A stretch of DNA of 64,000 nucleotides, from assembly GCA_030603365.1 (NCBI GenBank), contig JAUVXV010000001.1, positions 256,001 through 320,000 on the forward strand. The letters are read 5' to 3'. The notes below the pieces were generated by a model. It made no database searches and was not told where the DNA came from. It saw nothing but the letters and a program-made list of their open reading frames with translations. The position numbers were made by a program, and so were the translations under genes. Position 1 is the first letter of the stretch; every line of letters begins with the position of its first letter. Positions 10,151-20,345 of the stretch are shown in pieces. Source of the stretch: Candidatus Heimdallarchaeota archaeon (GTDB lineage: Archaea > Asgardarchaeota > Heimdallarchaeia > Heimdallarchaeales > Heimdallarchaeaceae).

Positions 10151-12382
10151 TTATATGAACCCCATATCCTTCTTAATGGATTCTTTGCGTATATCTTTCC
10201 CAACAGCTCTAACCCTTTCCTCGGAAGGCTTGGTTTGTTCTAAAGCTTCAGTTAGAATTGCTTGCGTGATTTTGCATTCACATTTTTCAGCATCAAATTC
10301 CTTACCTTTCTCTAGTTCTTCACCATTTTCCATTACATAATTTCGAATTGCTATCAACTTGCTTTCACTACAGACTGATCCTATATCTGCACCAGAGAAT
10401 CCTTCTGTTTCGCGTGCAAAATGTTCTATGTCTACGTCATCAGCTAATGGTGCTCCCTTCAGATGAATTTCAAAGATTTGTTTTCTACCTTCAAAGGTAG
10501 GAGACATAACTCTGACTAACCTATCAAATCTACCAGGTCTTAGGAGTGCTGGATCGATCATGTCGGGTCTGTTTGAAGCAGCAATTACTACAACATTACG
10601 CAATTCTTCTAAACCATCAAGTTCTGTAAGAAGTTGGCTAATAACTCTCTCTGTTACTCCTGAATCTGTACTTCTACCTCTTACTGGAGTAATTGAGTCA
10701 AGCTCATCTAAGAATATTATACAAGGAGCTGCTTGCCTAGCTTTTCGAAATATCTCTCTTATAGCTTTTTCGCTTTCTCCAACCCATTTAGATAGAACTT
10801 CTGGACCCTTAACAGAAATGAAATTTGATTCTGATTCATGTGCTACCGCTTTAGCTATTAGAGTCTTTCCAGTCCCTGGTGGTCCATATAGTAGGATTCC
10901 TTTAGGTGCTTGAGCACTCATGGCTTTATACAGCTCTTTGTATTTTAGTGGCCATTCTATCACTCTACGCATTTCTCTCTTTACTTCTTCAAGACCACCA
11001 ATGTCCTCCCAGGAAACATCTGGGATTTCTACATATAATTCCCTTAAAGCTGAAGGTTCTACTGTGCGTAATGCATTTAAGAAATCTTCATTTAGCACAT
11101 TAATTTTCTGTAACACTTCTAATGGAATTTCTTCTTCCTCTAGATCTATCTCTGGTAAAACTCTTCTCAATGATTGCATTGCAGCTTCCTTCACAAGAGC
11201 AGAACCGTCAGCACCAACAAAACCATGTGTTATATCTGCTAATCGATTAAGATCTACATCTTTGTCTAGGGGCATACCTCGAGTGTGTATTAGTAATATT
11301 TCATATCGACCTTCTCTATCTGGGATACCAATCTCTATTTCTCTGTCAAACCTTCCTGGTCTTCTTAGAGCAGGGTCAATTGCATTTACTCTATTGGTTG
11401 CTCCTATAACAATTACTTGTCCTCTAGATTCAAGACCATCCATTAAGGCTAGTAGTTGAGCTACAATTCTGCGTTCAACTTCACCAGATACTTCTTCTCT
11501 TTTTGGAGCTATAGCATCTAGCTCGTCTATGAATAATATGCTTGGTGCGTTGTCGGCAGCTTCTTTGAAAAGATCACGTAATTTTTGCTCAGACTCACCA
11601 TAAAATTTTGACATGATTTCGGGACCAGACAGCACATAGAAACTAGCTTCAGTTTCATTAGCAACTGCTCTTGCAAGTAGAGTTTTACCTGTTCCTGGCG
11701 GACCATGTAGAAGTACACCATTTGGTGGGTCAATTCCTAGTCTTTCGAATAATTCTGGATGTCTTAATGGGAGCTCTATCATCTCTCGGACTCTAGAAAT
11801 TTCTTCAGTTAATCCACCTATATCTTCATAAGACACACGTTTTACATTTGCAGCTTTAACATCATCCCATGGTTTATCACTGATTTGAATATTTGTTTCA
11901 GCTGTCATAATTACTGCATCAGCAGCTGGTGTGACTGATGCTACACCTAGAAATATTTTCTTTGACATACCTAGTCCTATAGGAATAATGTCTCCTGTTG
12001 TTAGTACTCTATCCTCAAGTGTTTGTTTTAACCATGCATCAAAACCTTGTATCTGAACTCTTTCTGTTGGTGCAAAGACTATTTTTCTAGCCTTTGAAGC
12101 TGATGATTTTTCAATATCTACACTATCATCAATCCCAACTTCAGCATTCATCCTTATCATACGATCTAATCTAATGATGTTCTTACCAAAATCCTCGGGG
12201 ATACCTCTCCAAGCTCTTGCATAAGTTTTCTTATTGCCTTCTATACTCACGATGTCTCCTGTTCCGATTCCAAGGTCATCTGCTATGTCTTGTGAAATCC
12301 TAACAATACCTCGTCCGACATCTCTCTGTAATGTTTCTTTTACTCTCAAATGCTTTCTTTTATCTTCTGCAGTTGCTGACAT
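10151..12382 (-). CDS. cdc48: CDC48/VAT/p97 AAA+ ATPase
   Basis: N domain plus two AAA modules (GPPGTGKT twice, DELD twice, RPGRFDR twice). C-terminal MGFI. Confidence 0.97.
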   Translation of the reverse strand: MSATAEDKRKHLRVKETLQRDVGRGIVRISQDIADDLGIGTGDIVSIEGNKKTYARAWRGIPEDFGKNIIRLDRMIRMNAEVGIDDSVDIEKSSASKARKIVFAPTERVQIQGFDAWLKQTLEDRVLTTGDIIPIGLGMSKKIFLGVASVTPAADAVIMTAETNIQISDKPWDDVKAANVKRVSYEDIGGLTEEISRVREMIELPLRHPELFERLGIDPPNGVLLHGPPGTGKTLLARAVANETEASFYVLSGPEIMSKFYGESEQKLRDLFKEAADNAPSILFIDELDAIAPKREEVSGEVERRIVAQLLALMDGLESRGQVIVIGATNRVNAIDPALRRPGRFDREIEIGIPDREGRYEILLIHTRGMPLDKDVDLNRLADITHGFVGADGSALVKEAAMQSLRRVLPEIDLEEEEIPLEVLQKINVLNEDFLNALRTVEPSALRELYVEIPDVSWEDIGGLEEVKREMRRVIEWPLKYKELYKAMSAQAPKGILLYGPPGTGKTLIAKAVAHESESNFISVKGPEVLSKWVGESEKAIREIFRKARQAAPCIIFLDELDSITPVRGRSTDSGVTERVISQLLTELDGLEELRNVVVIAASNRPDMIDPALLRPGRFDRLVRVMSPTFEGRKQIFEIHLKGAPLADDVDIEHFARETEGFSGADIGSVCSESKLIAIRNYVMENGEELEKGKEFDAEKCECKITQAILTEALEQTKPSEERVRAVGKDIRKESIKKDMGFI

Positions 12383-12408
12383 TTATATCACCTAGTAAAT
12401 AAAAAAAA

Positions 12409-13068
12409 TTAGTTGATGGGTATATCGGACCCATCTCCATTTTCAGTTTCAAGAAGTTTCAACTTTACTTCCAAAATACCGTGTTTCATTGAAGCAGATA
12501 TGTTTTCCTCTGTATCAACTGTGTGTGGTATTGGTATTTTAGTATCAATTTGTTTTTTGTTATTATCTGCTAACAAATGCAACTTCTGTTTTCTTAATTT
12601 AAGATTTACATCTTCTTTGCTAAAACCAGGTAGTTCTACTATTAGGTATAACTCGTTATTTTCTTTGTCAACTTGAAGATCATATTCTATTTGATAATCT
12701 TGCAGCTCTTCTGGTTTATCTTTAACTACATTTTCTCCATCCATAAGACTAGGACGAGAACTTTCTCCTAACAACTGATTGAGACCTGGAAATATGTCAG
12801 CGAATCTTTTAAGAGAACGACTGAAACTATCTTCATTCCAATCAAATGTTCTTCTTAGGTTGTTGATTCTATCAAGAAATGCCTTTCCATACTCTTCAGG
12901 AATTTCACCAATCTCTTTGTATTCTTCCTTCCCTTCCATATCTCGGTTGTAATCATATCCGTATTCTTTTTCTACTCCATTAATATTGGAATAGAACCTT
13001 ACAATTCTGTATTCCTCATTGAATCCTTCAGGAAATTCTTTCCTATCTTTGTTGTCCTTTTTACTCAT
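12409..13068 (-). CDS. hsp20: Small heat shock protein Hsp20
   Basis: Alpha-crystallin domain (VELPG..KEDV...ASMKHGILEV) and C-terminal IPI motif. Confidence 0.85.
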   Translation of the reverse strand: MSKKDNKDRKEFPEGFNEEYRIVRFYSNINGVEKEYGYDYNRDMEGKEEYKEIGEIPEEYGKAFLDRINNLRRTFDWNEDSFSRSLKRFADIFPGLNQLLGESSRPSLMDGENVVKDKPEELQDYQIEYDLQVDKENNELYLIVELPGFSKEDVNLKLRKQKLHLLADNNKKQIDTKIPIPHTVDTEENISASMKHGILEVKLKLLETENGDGSDIPIN

Positions 13069-13101
13069 TTTACTCACTTCTCTCGCAGTATTATACTTTC
13101 G

Positions 13102-13124
13102 GTATTGGACTATTAGTTCAATAC
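13102..13124. promoter_or_regulatory. Palindromic heat-shock operator (AC-N5-GT core) over the hsp20 transcription start
   Basis: GTATTGGACTATTAGTTCAATAC is a near-perfect 23-bp palindrome. It lies just downstream of the minus-strand TATA (ATTTATATAT, 13150-13141). Confidence 0.65.
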
Positions 13125-13230
13125 TAATTGTCTCAAACTGATATATAAATGTTTCCTTTTACCATTTTTCATCATATATTCAGAAAAGATAAATAATTAG
13201 CAACTGATAGTTCATAATGGGTTAAGTGAC

Positions 13231-13401
13231 ATGACTGAACAAAAATCAAGAAGAAAAGCTGACCGATTTTATGATGAAAGGAGTGAAGAAAGCGATATTC
13301 AGGCAATCACGCAAAAACCTTCTAAAACAATATATGGAAGAGCAGCTAAAAAATCTTGGAAATGGGTAGACTATCTGAGATTACGCTTAAAGAGTTTCTA
13401 A
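13231..13401 (+). CDS. Small hypothetical protein (56 aa), not in the ORF track
   Basis: MTEQKSRRKADRFYDERSEESDIQAITQKPSKTIYGRAAKKSWKWVDYLRLRLKSF*. Fills the gap before tag; AGTGA upstream. Confidence 0.6.
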   Translation: MTEQKSRRKADRFYDERSEESDIQAITQKPSKTIYGRAAKKSWKWVDYLRLRLKSF

Positions 13402-13433
13402 TTCAGAAAATACTGTATTTTGGAGATGATTAA

Positions 13434-14006
13434 ATGAATAAAGCACGATGCTGGGGAGATAAGAATGAACTTTCTAGAAACTATCATGATAATGAGTGGG
13501 GAGTACCCGTTCATGATGATAGGGTTTTATTTGAATTCTTGATACTTGAGGGAGCTCAAGCAGGTCTAAATTGGGTGACTATTCTAAAAAGAAGAGAAGG
13601 TTATAGACGCTGTTTTGATAATTTTGATTATAAGAAAATAGCCGAATATGACCAAAAGAAAATTGACCTATTATTACAAGACGCGGGTATTATCAGAAAT
13701 AAACTAAAAGTTGAATCCACTATACTTAATGCTAAAATCTTTCTTGATATCCAAAAGGAATTTGGTTCGTTTGATAAATATATCTGGAATTTCATTAACA
13801 ATAAACCCATTATGAACAAATCTGAGACTTGGAAAGACGTACCAGCAAAAACAGAAACTTCTGATAAAATCTCAAAAGATCTTAAGAAAAGAGGAATGAA
13901 ATTTGTAGGGAGCACAATTATTTATGCATTTATGCAAGCTATTGGGATGGTAAATGATCACCATGTTTCCTGTTTCAGATATCAGGAAATCATAGATGAA
14001 CACTAA
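13434..14006 (+). CDS. tag: DNA-3-methyladenine glycosylase I
   Basis: RCW, YHDNEWG, LEGAQAGL.W, IIRNKLK and NDHHVSC motifs. Confidence 0.95.
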   Translation: MNKARCWGDKNELSRNYHDNEWGVPVHDDRVLFEFLILEGAQAGLNWVTILKRREGYRRCFDNFDYKKIAEYDQKKIDLLLQDAGIIRNKLKVESTILNAKIFLDIQKEFGSFDKYIWNFINNKPIMNKSETWKDVPAKTETSDKISKDLKKRGMKFVGSTIIYAFMQAIGMVNDHHVSCFRYQEIIDEH

Positions 14007-15736
14007 TTAATTGGCAGTAGAATTGAAAGAGTCCAAGCAAACAGAAGTGCGTTGAATAAAGCTCCTGATTCTATTGATCTAGTTTTTTCGTAGAACCATA
14101 TTGTTGCTATCGAGTAAATAAGGAATAGGGGTAATAACATTATTACAAATTGCATACTGAATCCTAGAAAACCTGTAAATATCTGATATCCTGATATCAA
14201 CATCGGAACATATTGTATCAATAGAATGAGGACAAGTGGTAATAGCTTCAAACCTGTAACTTTGGATGCTACCCAAATCTTTGTTTTTCTCTTATTATCT
14301 TTCAGTTTCTTCTCGTAGATTCCTGTAGAGATGAAACCATCCATAATGAAATAGATAAACATGAACGGAACTAGTACCAGAAACATTAAAGCCCTTAAAC
14401 CTGTAAACTCGCTGAAAAGAGGAACCATAAGTTTCATGCTTAATCCTGGTACCTGTTCGATAATAAGGTCTAAGATGAAGATAATTAGAAAGCAATCAGC
14501 TGCTAGAATTAGCCCTCTCCAATTAGATAACTTAGTCACAAGATTTGCTAGAATTTTCTTAGATCCAAGCTCTTTATGTCTTCTTTTTAAAATAACGAAG
14601 ATCATTAAAGAACCAACAATAGTTAGCGAAAGTACCCAGAATATTGTTGTAAATCCTAAAGAAAGAGGTATTATGATTGCTCCCATTCCAAACAACAAAA
14701 TTGGTGGAACAAAGAGAATTAGATGTAAGAAACTCCAAGTTGTTCCTATGCTCCAAAAACCAAACTTTGTATCAAAAATGAAACTATCATCGTTTTCATT
14801 TTCTTCTTTGTTCTTTCTCTTGAAAAATTCAAAGTCCATACCTACATTTGAGATTGGGATAAACAATCCTGCAAAGATAAAGAATCCGATGAAGAGAAAT
14901 ATATCTCGATAAGGAAATATTATTTTCTTGTTTTCATCAAAGATACCAAAAGAACTAGCCATCCAAGACACAGATTCATCTATATAATCACCACTTATTG
15001 GTTCAAAGAGATGTGTAGTTTTTGGTGTTATCAGTTTTCTCGCTGTTCCATTAGCAAAACTCCCATAAAGAATATCAGTTTCTATTGGTTCTGTTGTTCC
15101 AAAAACAGGTTGTAGAATTTCATTGACATCCTGCAGATCAAATAACTCATCGTATGAACCAATAACCACTAGAAGATTACTTGGGGATGTTTTGTTTAAT
15201 TCACCATAAATTAGTGGACTACTATTTAATGAAATCCCTCCTAAGAATATGTGAGCTCTTATCCCATCTTCGATAAAAGATGTAGCTCTTATTGCACCTA
15301 CTCCCATACTGTGGCCCACAACACCTAGATTACTGGAATTTACGTAGTCCAACGATTTCAAGTATCTAACTGCGGATGCACTTCCAAGCGAGGGATCTTC
15401 AGTATCAAGAGTGCTTACTGTACTGCCGTGTCTTAGTGCATCTATTGATAGAGCAACAATACCATTTCTAGCTAGTTCTAATGCTAACCCAGTCATAGGT
15501 TCCTTAGCATTCATAGCTCCGTGAACTAAAACAACGGCTGGTAGATTTGTAAGAGATTCTGCATTTTTAGGTTCATATAGATATCCTGCTATAGAGAGAT
15601 CCTCTTCTTGAATCTTGATTGAACTGACTTTCACTTTTCCGAAATCAGTATTGAATAATTGTGCAAAAACAAGTACTGAGCTCAATAAGGCTAGACAGAT
15701 AAGGAGTATCAGCAAAGATCTATATATCTTCTTCAT
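14003..15736 (-). CDS. Membrane-anchored alpha/beta hydrolase with multi-TM C-terminal domain
   Basis: N-terminal TM/signal, VHG, GHSMG nucleophile elbow, DELF and THLFE, then about 8 hydrophobic helices. Confidence 0.8.
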   Translation of the reverse strand: MKKIYRSLLILLICLALLSSVLVFAQLFNTDFGKVKVSSIKIQEEDLSIAGYLYEPKNAESLTNLPAVVLVHGAMNAKEPMTGLALELARNGIVALSIDALRHGSTVSTLDTEDPSLGSASAVRYLKSLDYVNSSNLGVVGHSMGVGAIRATSFIEDGIRAHIFLGGISLNSSPLIYGELNKTSPSNLLVVIGSYDELFDLQDVNEILQPVFGTTEPIETDILYGSFANGTARKLITPKTTHLFEPISGDYIDESVSWMASSFGIFDENKKIIFPYRDIFLFIGFFIFAGLFIPISNVGMDFEFFKRKNKEENENDDSFIFDTKFGFWSIGTTWSFLHLILFVPPILLFGMGAIIIPLSLGFTTIFWVLSLTIVGSLMIFVILKRRHKELGSKKILANLVTKLSNWRGLILAADCFLIIFILDLIIEQVPGLSMKLMVPLFSEFTGLRALMFLVLVPFMFIYFIMDGFISTGIYEKKLKDNKRKTKIWVASKVTGLKLLPLVLILLIQYVPMLISGYQIFTGFLGFSMQFVIMLLPLFLIYSIATIWFYEKTRSIESGALFNALLFAWTLSILLPIN

Positions 15737-15869
15737 AGAAACAGAATTAGAACTAGGTAGATAAAAAACTTACCCAAGAAAGATTAAGAAAAATATGCCC
15801 ATCAATAAATTTTCATCCAATAAAAGTATTTGAACTACCTTTAAAATCAGCTAATCTCTACTTTATAAT

Positions 15870-16535
15870 CTAATCTAAGGGCTTCTTAAGTTCTGTATAA
15901 ATTGCATTCATTCGGTCATAGAAACCTTTTGTGTGATATGTATTATTGATTTTTAGTTTATACTTATCGTAATGATGACCCCATTCATGAATCAATGTTC
16001 TAAGAAAAGTTTTTGGTGCTACATACTTCTGAGTTTTAGCTGTTCTGCTATATACAGAAATTGAATGACGTTTCTCTTTGTCAATTCGTGATTTATACAC
16101 ACCATAATACTGTCCTCCTCTCCTAGTCATTCTTCTTTTACCTCCTGTGTAAATACGCAGGTGCGGTAATTTGTAAACGCGATTAAGTTTAGCAATAGTT
16201 TCGTTAGAGTACTCTTTGATTGCTTCCTCATCGCCATTGGTGAGTGCTTCTGCGAGAAGTTCTACAGCTACATGCAAGACTTTAGCATTTTTTTCAGAAA
16301 TGAGATCAATAGCACTATATTGAGATGTCTTATAATCCTCAGTTTGTGTTGAAGACCACTCTCTAGTTTTCTGTTTTGGTTTAGGAGGTTTCATTTTTGG
16401 GGTTAATAACGCATAAGGTACTCTGAATGTGAGTGTATCTGTTTCCACAGTTACAGTTTTCTTGTTCATTCTTTTAATCGTACCTTGCAGTATTTCCCCC
16501 TTATACGGAAAACTGACTCTTTTTACATCATTCAT
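15870..16535 (-). CDS. SH3-like domain plus HEXXH zincin metallopeptidase (SprT/WLM-like)
   Basis: N-terminal beta-barrel (VSF..KG....G.IKRMN.KTV.V....RVPYALL). TLIHEWGHH and a downstream HTKGFY third ligand. Confidence 0.6.
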   Translation of the reverse strand: MNDVKRVSFPYKGEILQGTIKRMNKKTVTVETDTLTFRVPYALLTPKMKPPKPKQKTREWSSTQTEDYKTSQYSAIDLISEKNAKVLHVAVELLAEALTNGDEEAIKEYSNETIAKLNRVYKLPHLRIYTGGKRRMTRRGGQYYGVYKSRIDKEKRHSISVYSRTAKTQKYVAPKTFLRTLIHEWGHHYDKYKLKINNTYHTKGFYDRMNAIYTELKKPLD

Positions 16536-16605
16536 ACACTAATCTCACAATATTTACTGTTTGTTCAACTATTAATGTCTGTAATTCTCAAATATTATAA
16601 GGGCT

Positions 16606-17667
16606 TCAACTTCTTATAATTGACTGAATAAAATCCTCTACTTCAGGAATTTCTGTTTTTGTAATTTCCTTTACAAGTGAAATGACATAATTTACATGAG
16701 ATAGGGTCTCTAGAATTTGCTCTTTAGCTTCTTTTCTCATACCTGATGTTTCAGCCCCATATTTGAAAACTCGCATTATGTCCCGTAACCTTCTAAAAGC
16801 AGCTAATACTTCAAAAAACTCTATTCTTGATACTTTTGCACCCTTAACAGATTCATAAGATTCGAGCAACATATTTCTAACCTCTTTAGTTGTATAAGCT
16901 CCCGTTAATAGAAGTGTCCAACCAAGATCTTCTCGATAATCTCCTAAAGAACAAGCTGGCCAATCAATAACAAAGGCTTTCCCTTCATTTGAAATCATAA
17001 TGTTATGAGGGTGAAAATCCCTGTGAATAATTGCTATTTCAACTTCAATCTCATCTTTGTTCTTTTTCAGCCAGTTTAGTATCGGTTTTAGTTCAGGAAG
17101 TTGATCCTCTTCTAGATATGATTCAAATTTATTTAGTTTATTATTAATGAAATTCTCCAAATTTTCAAAGGAAGTTGAATCTCTTTCCTCTAGTAAAATC
17201 TTCCAATCTAATCTATGTAATTGCACAAACAAGTTATTAAGGATTGGTAAAATCTCCTCTTGCAGTCTCTCAATATTTCCTTCCTGCAGTGTTTTAAAAA
17301 AATCATCTCCCATGTCTGAACCTGAAATCCTATCCATAATAATGAAGGGTTTTTCAAGAAATCTTTCATTCAATTCAAGAATATGGGTTTCTGGCACAGG
17401 ATACCCCGCCTTATGCAGAACTTTCAACACATCATACTCTTTTTTTGTCTTATTCTGAATGTTGGTACCCGGATAAATTCTAAGAATAAGATCTTCTTTG
17501 TATTCATTATTCGCTTCCTCATATGTATAAATGAAGGAATACAATTCTGTTTCCCATCCTTTTGACAAAGATTCCAATTGGAAAACTTTTGTTTTTTTTC
17601 TTTCAGGAAATCTGTCTTGAAGATATTCTAACAGTTTTTCGTTAATCCGTAAAATAGATAAGGTCAT
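16606..17667 (-). CDS. Aminoglycoside/choline phosphotransferase (APH) family kinase
   Basis: GWET..Y, LILR, IIHRDFHPHNIM and IDW motifs. Confidence 0.85.
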   Translation of the reverse strand: MTLSILRINEKLLEYLQDRFPERKKTKVFQLESLSKGWETELYSFIYTYEEANNEYKEDLILRIYPGTNIQNKTKKEYDVLKVLHKAGYPVPETHILELNERFLEKPFIIMDRISGSDMGDDFFKTLQEGNIERLQEEILPILNNLFVQLHRLDWKILLEERDSTSFENLENFINNKLNKFESYLEEDQLPELKPILNWLKKNKDEIEVEIAIIHRDFHPHNIMISNEGKAFVIDWPACSLGDYREDLGWTLLLTGAYTTKEVRNMLLESYESVKGAKVSRIEFFEVLAAFRRLRDIMRVFKYGAETSGMRKEAKEQILETLSHVNYVISLVKEITKTEIPEVEDFIQSIIRS

Positions 17668-17728
17668 AGGAGAACTCCTTATTGATACTTGTTTATATAC
17701 TGAAATATTAGAAAAAAGTTGTGGTTAA

Positions 17729-18253
17729 ATGGATTTAGTTGTATCAAAAACAGGGAAAACCTGGACTGCTGTTCTGTTAAGTGAAGGTAAATTATTCTAT
17801 TCTTCTTCTTCTTCGTTTAAGAGTAAAGATGAAGCAGTTTCTTATCTAACAACAATAGCAAAAACTCCAGTCAAGGTAAAAGAAGAAAACCATCCTTACA
17901 TTGATGTAATCAATGGTATAGAAACTGGTACATCCTTTGATATATCAGAAGTTGAATATGACTTTGCAGGATTTACTGACAAAGAAGTCAAAGTTCTCAA
18001 AGCTCTAACAAAAGTTCCAGTTGGTAAAACTATTTCGTATGGAAAATTAGCTGAAAAAGCGGGATTTCCAGGGGCTGCACAGTTTGTAGGGAATGTAATG
18101 ATGAAGAACAGATTTGGGCCTGTTATTCCTTGTCATAGGGTTATTTTATCAAGTGGACAACTAGGAAAATTTGCAGGTAAAGCAAACAATCCTCGTAAGA
18201 AGCAATTACTTGATCAAGAAAAGAAAGCAAAAGGTCTAGATAATTACTTCTGA
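17729..18253 (+). CDS. ogt: Methylated-DNA-protein-cysteine methyltransferase
   Basis: VPVGKTISYG.LA and the IPCHRV active site. Confidence 0.92.
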   Translation: MDLVVSKTGKTWTAVLLSEGKLFYSSSSSFKSKDEAVSYLTTIAKTPVKVKEENHPYIDVINGIETGTSFDISEVEYDFAGFTDKEVKVLKALTKVPVGKTISYGKLAEKAGFPGAAQFVGNVMMKNRFGPVIPCHRVILSSGQLGKFAGKANNPRKKQLLDQEKKAKGLDNYF

Positions 18254-18315
18254 CCTACTGTGAATTCTTTCTTCTGTTTGAATCTTCATTATTTTGACTG
18301 TAGAAGCATAAACAA

Positions 18316-18720
18316 CTAACCTATAGTATGTGTGAAATCTGGTTTTATCTTAATCAACATTCGAATTTCACCTTCAGGTAAAGGATATTTCTCTTTTCCC
18401 ATATATTTCATAGCTAATGAATCAATATGTTCTAAAGCTCCTTCTTGGGTGACTTCTGTTATTTCCCCTTGAATTCCAATGTATCTATATGGATTAGAGG
18501 AATCTGGAATGCTTAAAGCTACTTTTGATCCAATTTTCATGTTTCTTGCTTTCTTTCTACCTGTTGCAGTATTAACAAGAATCTCGTTTTTCTGTTTGTT
18601 GTAATCAACCCACATTGGTGTAACTTGAGGTGAACCATCAGGGTTAATTGTTGCAACATGAGCAATATTCTTCCCCAAAAGTAAATCTTGATATTCTTCT
18701 GGAATAACCATTTTAATCAA
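18316..18720 (-). CDS. PPOX-class (F420-dependent) oxidoreductase
   Basis: ATINPDGSPQVTPMW, GRKKARN and LAMKY.G...YP motifs. Confidence 0.88.
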   Translation of the reverse strand: MIKMVIPEEYQDLLLGKNIAHVATINPDGSPQVTPMWVDYNKQKNEILVNTATGRKKARNMKIGSKVALSIPDSSNPYRYIGIQGEITEVTQEGALEHIDSLAMKYMGKEKYPLPEGEIRMLIKIKPDFTHTIG

Positions 18721-18777
18721 ATTAACATTCTCAGAGTCTTCTTATAAAACTAGTTTTGGAACAAAAAATTAGGGAAT

Positions 18778-20265
18778 TTATTCATAAGCCACAAGATTAG
18801 GATTAGGCTTTTCTGCTGCAAATTTATAAGATTTGGTCCAAGCTACCATTACTATTGTAGTAAGGAGAAGGAATATTCCTGCTCCAGTTATAGTAACAAC
18901 TAAACCTATCGAATCAGCTGTTAATCCTGAAATTGCTAAACATGCCACACTTAATACCTGTATGTATGCATTTGTTGCACTATATGCTCTGCCTCTCACT
19001 TCATTAGGCACATTCTCTGCAAACAGAGCATTCACTCCTAAACTCATCATACCATTGAAGAATCCCATAGCAAGACCGAGGAATAATAATACAATAATTC
19101 CTGGTTTGAAGAAAAATACAAAGTAATAACACGAGATTGCTATTGATCCTAGTAAAAGTGCTCTGGACCTACCAATTTTTTTCTCAAATCTGCCAAAAAT
19201 TAAATTTCCAGCTACCGAACCCAAGGCGGTGGATGCTCCAATATATGCAAACTGATTGTCTGAAAGATTTCTTAACATATCCATAAAAGATGGTTGATAA
19301 GTAGGAATAATTGCAGAGAAATAGTGAACTGCAATATGTCCAGGGTTCATTATTCTATACACTGTAGCTGGGGTATTGAAATATTGAATTGCTACAGCAT
19401 TGTGTTTTATTTCAAAAAGATAAGGTAATAATAATGGTCCTGCAAATGCAGTACCTATAATTATGAAAGTAAAAAGGAAAAGTAACAATCTAACAGTAGG
19501 GTGTTTTAATAGAAATCCAAAACCATTTTTAAGATCCTTGAAAACTAGTTTTACACTTATTTTTTCCTTCCCATCGCGAGATGCTGATGGTATAATTGTA
19601 AAGTAAATAACGATTGCGGAGAAGAAATAACATGCACTAGTAATCCAAAAAGCTTGTTCTCCCAAAACTAAATAGATGGGAGCTGCGATAAGAGGACCAA
19701 TCACTGCTAATGTCTGAAAGACTAGTTGGCTTAATGATATTGCTTTTACATAAAGACGCATTCCTGTAATCTCAGGAATTGCTGCTGACCTTGGAGCAAC
19801 AAAAGTTGCAGCTGCTGCACCTAATATAAAAGCAATTGTAGCTATTCCATAAATAATTGTTTCTGTTGAAAAAACAAGAGGTAAAAGTGGTAGAAATAAG
19901 ATAGTACAACCTCGTATGATGTCTGCACCAACCATAATAGCTCTACGACTTATTCTATCTGCAAAAACTCCTGCTATAGGACCTACGATTATCCATGGAA
20001 TAGTTTGAGCTGCCAATACTAAAGTCATAGCTGTTGCAGAACCAGTTAAGTAGTAAACGTAATAGATAATGGACATACGAAAAATCGCATCTCCAAAATT
20101 ACTAAAAAACTGACCTGTTAATAATTTCATGAATTCTTTATTTTTGAAAACATCCATATATGTTGGATCTTTTTCATCTGGCTTACTTTCAGTGGAATCT
20201 TCGTCTGTTCGGATTGAATCTGGAGTTAGAACAGAGCTGTTTTTGTCATCAGTCAAGAATTCCAC
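18778..20265 (-). CDS. MFS transporter (H+ antiporter-like)
   Basis: GVFADRISRRAIMV motif A, about 12 TM, and P.EVRGR. Confidence 0.9.
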   Translation of the reverse strand: MEFLTDDKNSSVLTPDSIRTDEDSTESKPDEKDPTYMDVFKNKEFMKLLTGQFFSNFGDAIFRMSIIYYVYYLTGSATAMTLVLAAQTIPWIIVGPIAGVFADRISRRAIMVGADIIRGCTILFLPLLPLVFSTETIIYGIATIAFILGAAAATFVAPRSAAIPEITGMRLYVKAISLSQLVFQTLAVIGPLIAAPIYLVLGEQAFWITSACYFFSAIVIYFTIIPSASRDGKEKISVKLVFKDLKNGFGFLLKHPTVRLLLFLFTFIIIGTAFAGPLLLPYLFEIKHNAVAIQYFNTPATVYRIMNPGHIAVHYFSAIIPTYQPSFMDMLRNLSDNQFAYIGASTALGSVAGNLIFGRFEKKIGRSRALLLGSIAISCYYFVFFFKPGIIVLLFLGLAMGFFNGMMSLGVNALFAENVPNEVRGRAYSATNAYIQVLSVACLAISGLTADSIGLVVTITGAGIFLLLTTIVMVAWTKSYKFAAEKPNPNLVAYE

Positions 20266-20345
20266 CGTTTGAAAAATATATTTAACGGGGGTGAAGAAAC
20301 ATATATAAGTATAATGAAATGAATAAATGAATCCTATACTACTTA

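Noticed and set aside
19310-19400. Short internal duplication in an MFS loop (AVAIQYF / HIAVHYF)
   Set aside because: Too short to distinguish from chance; no functional inference possible.
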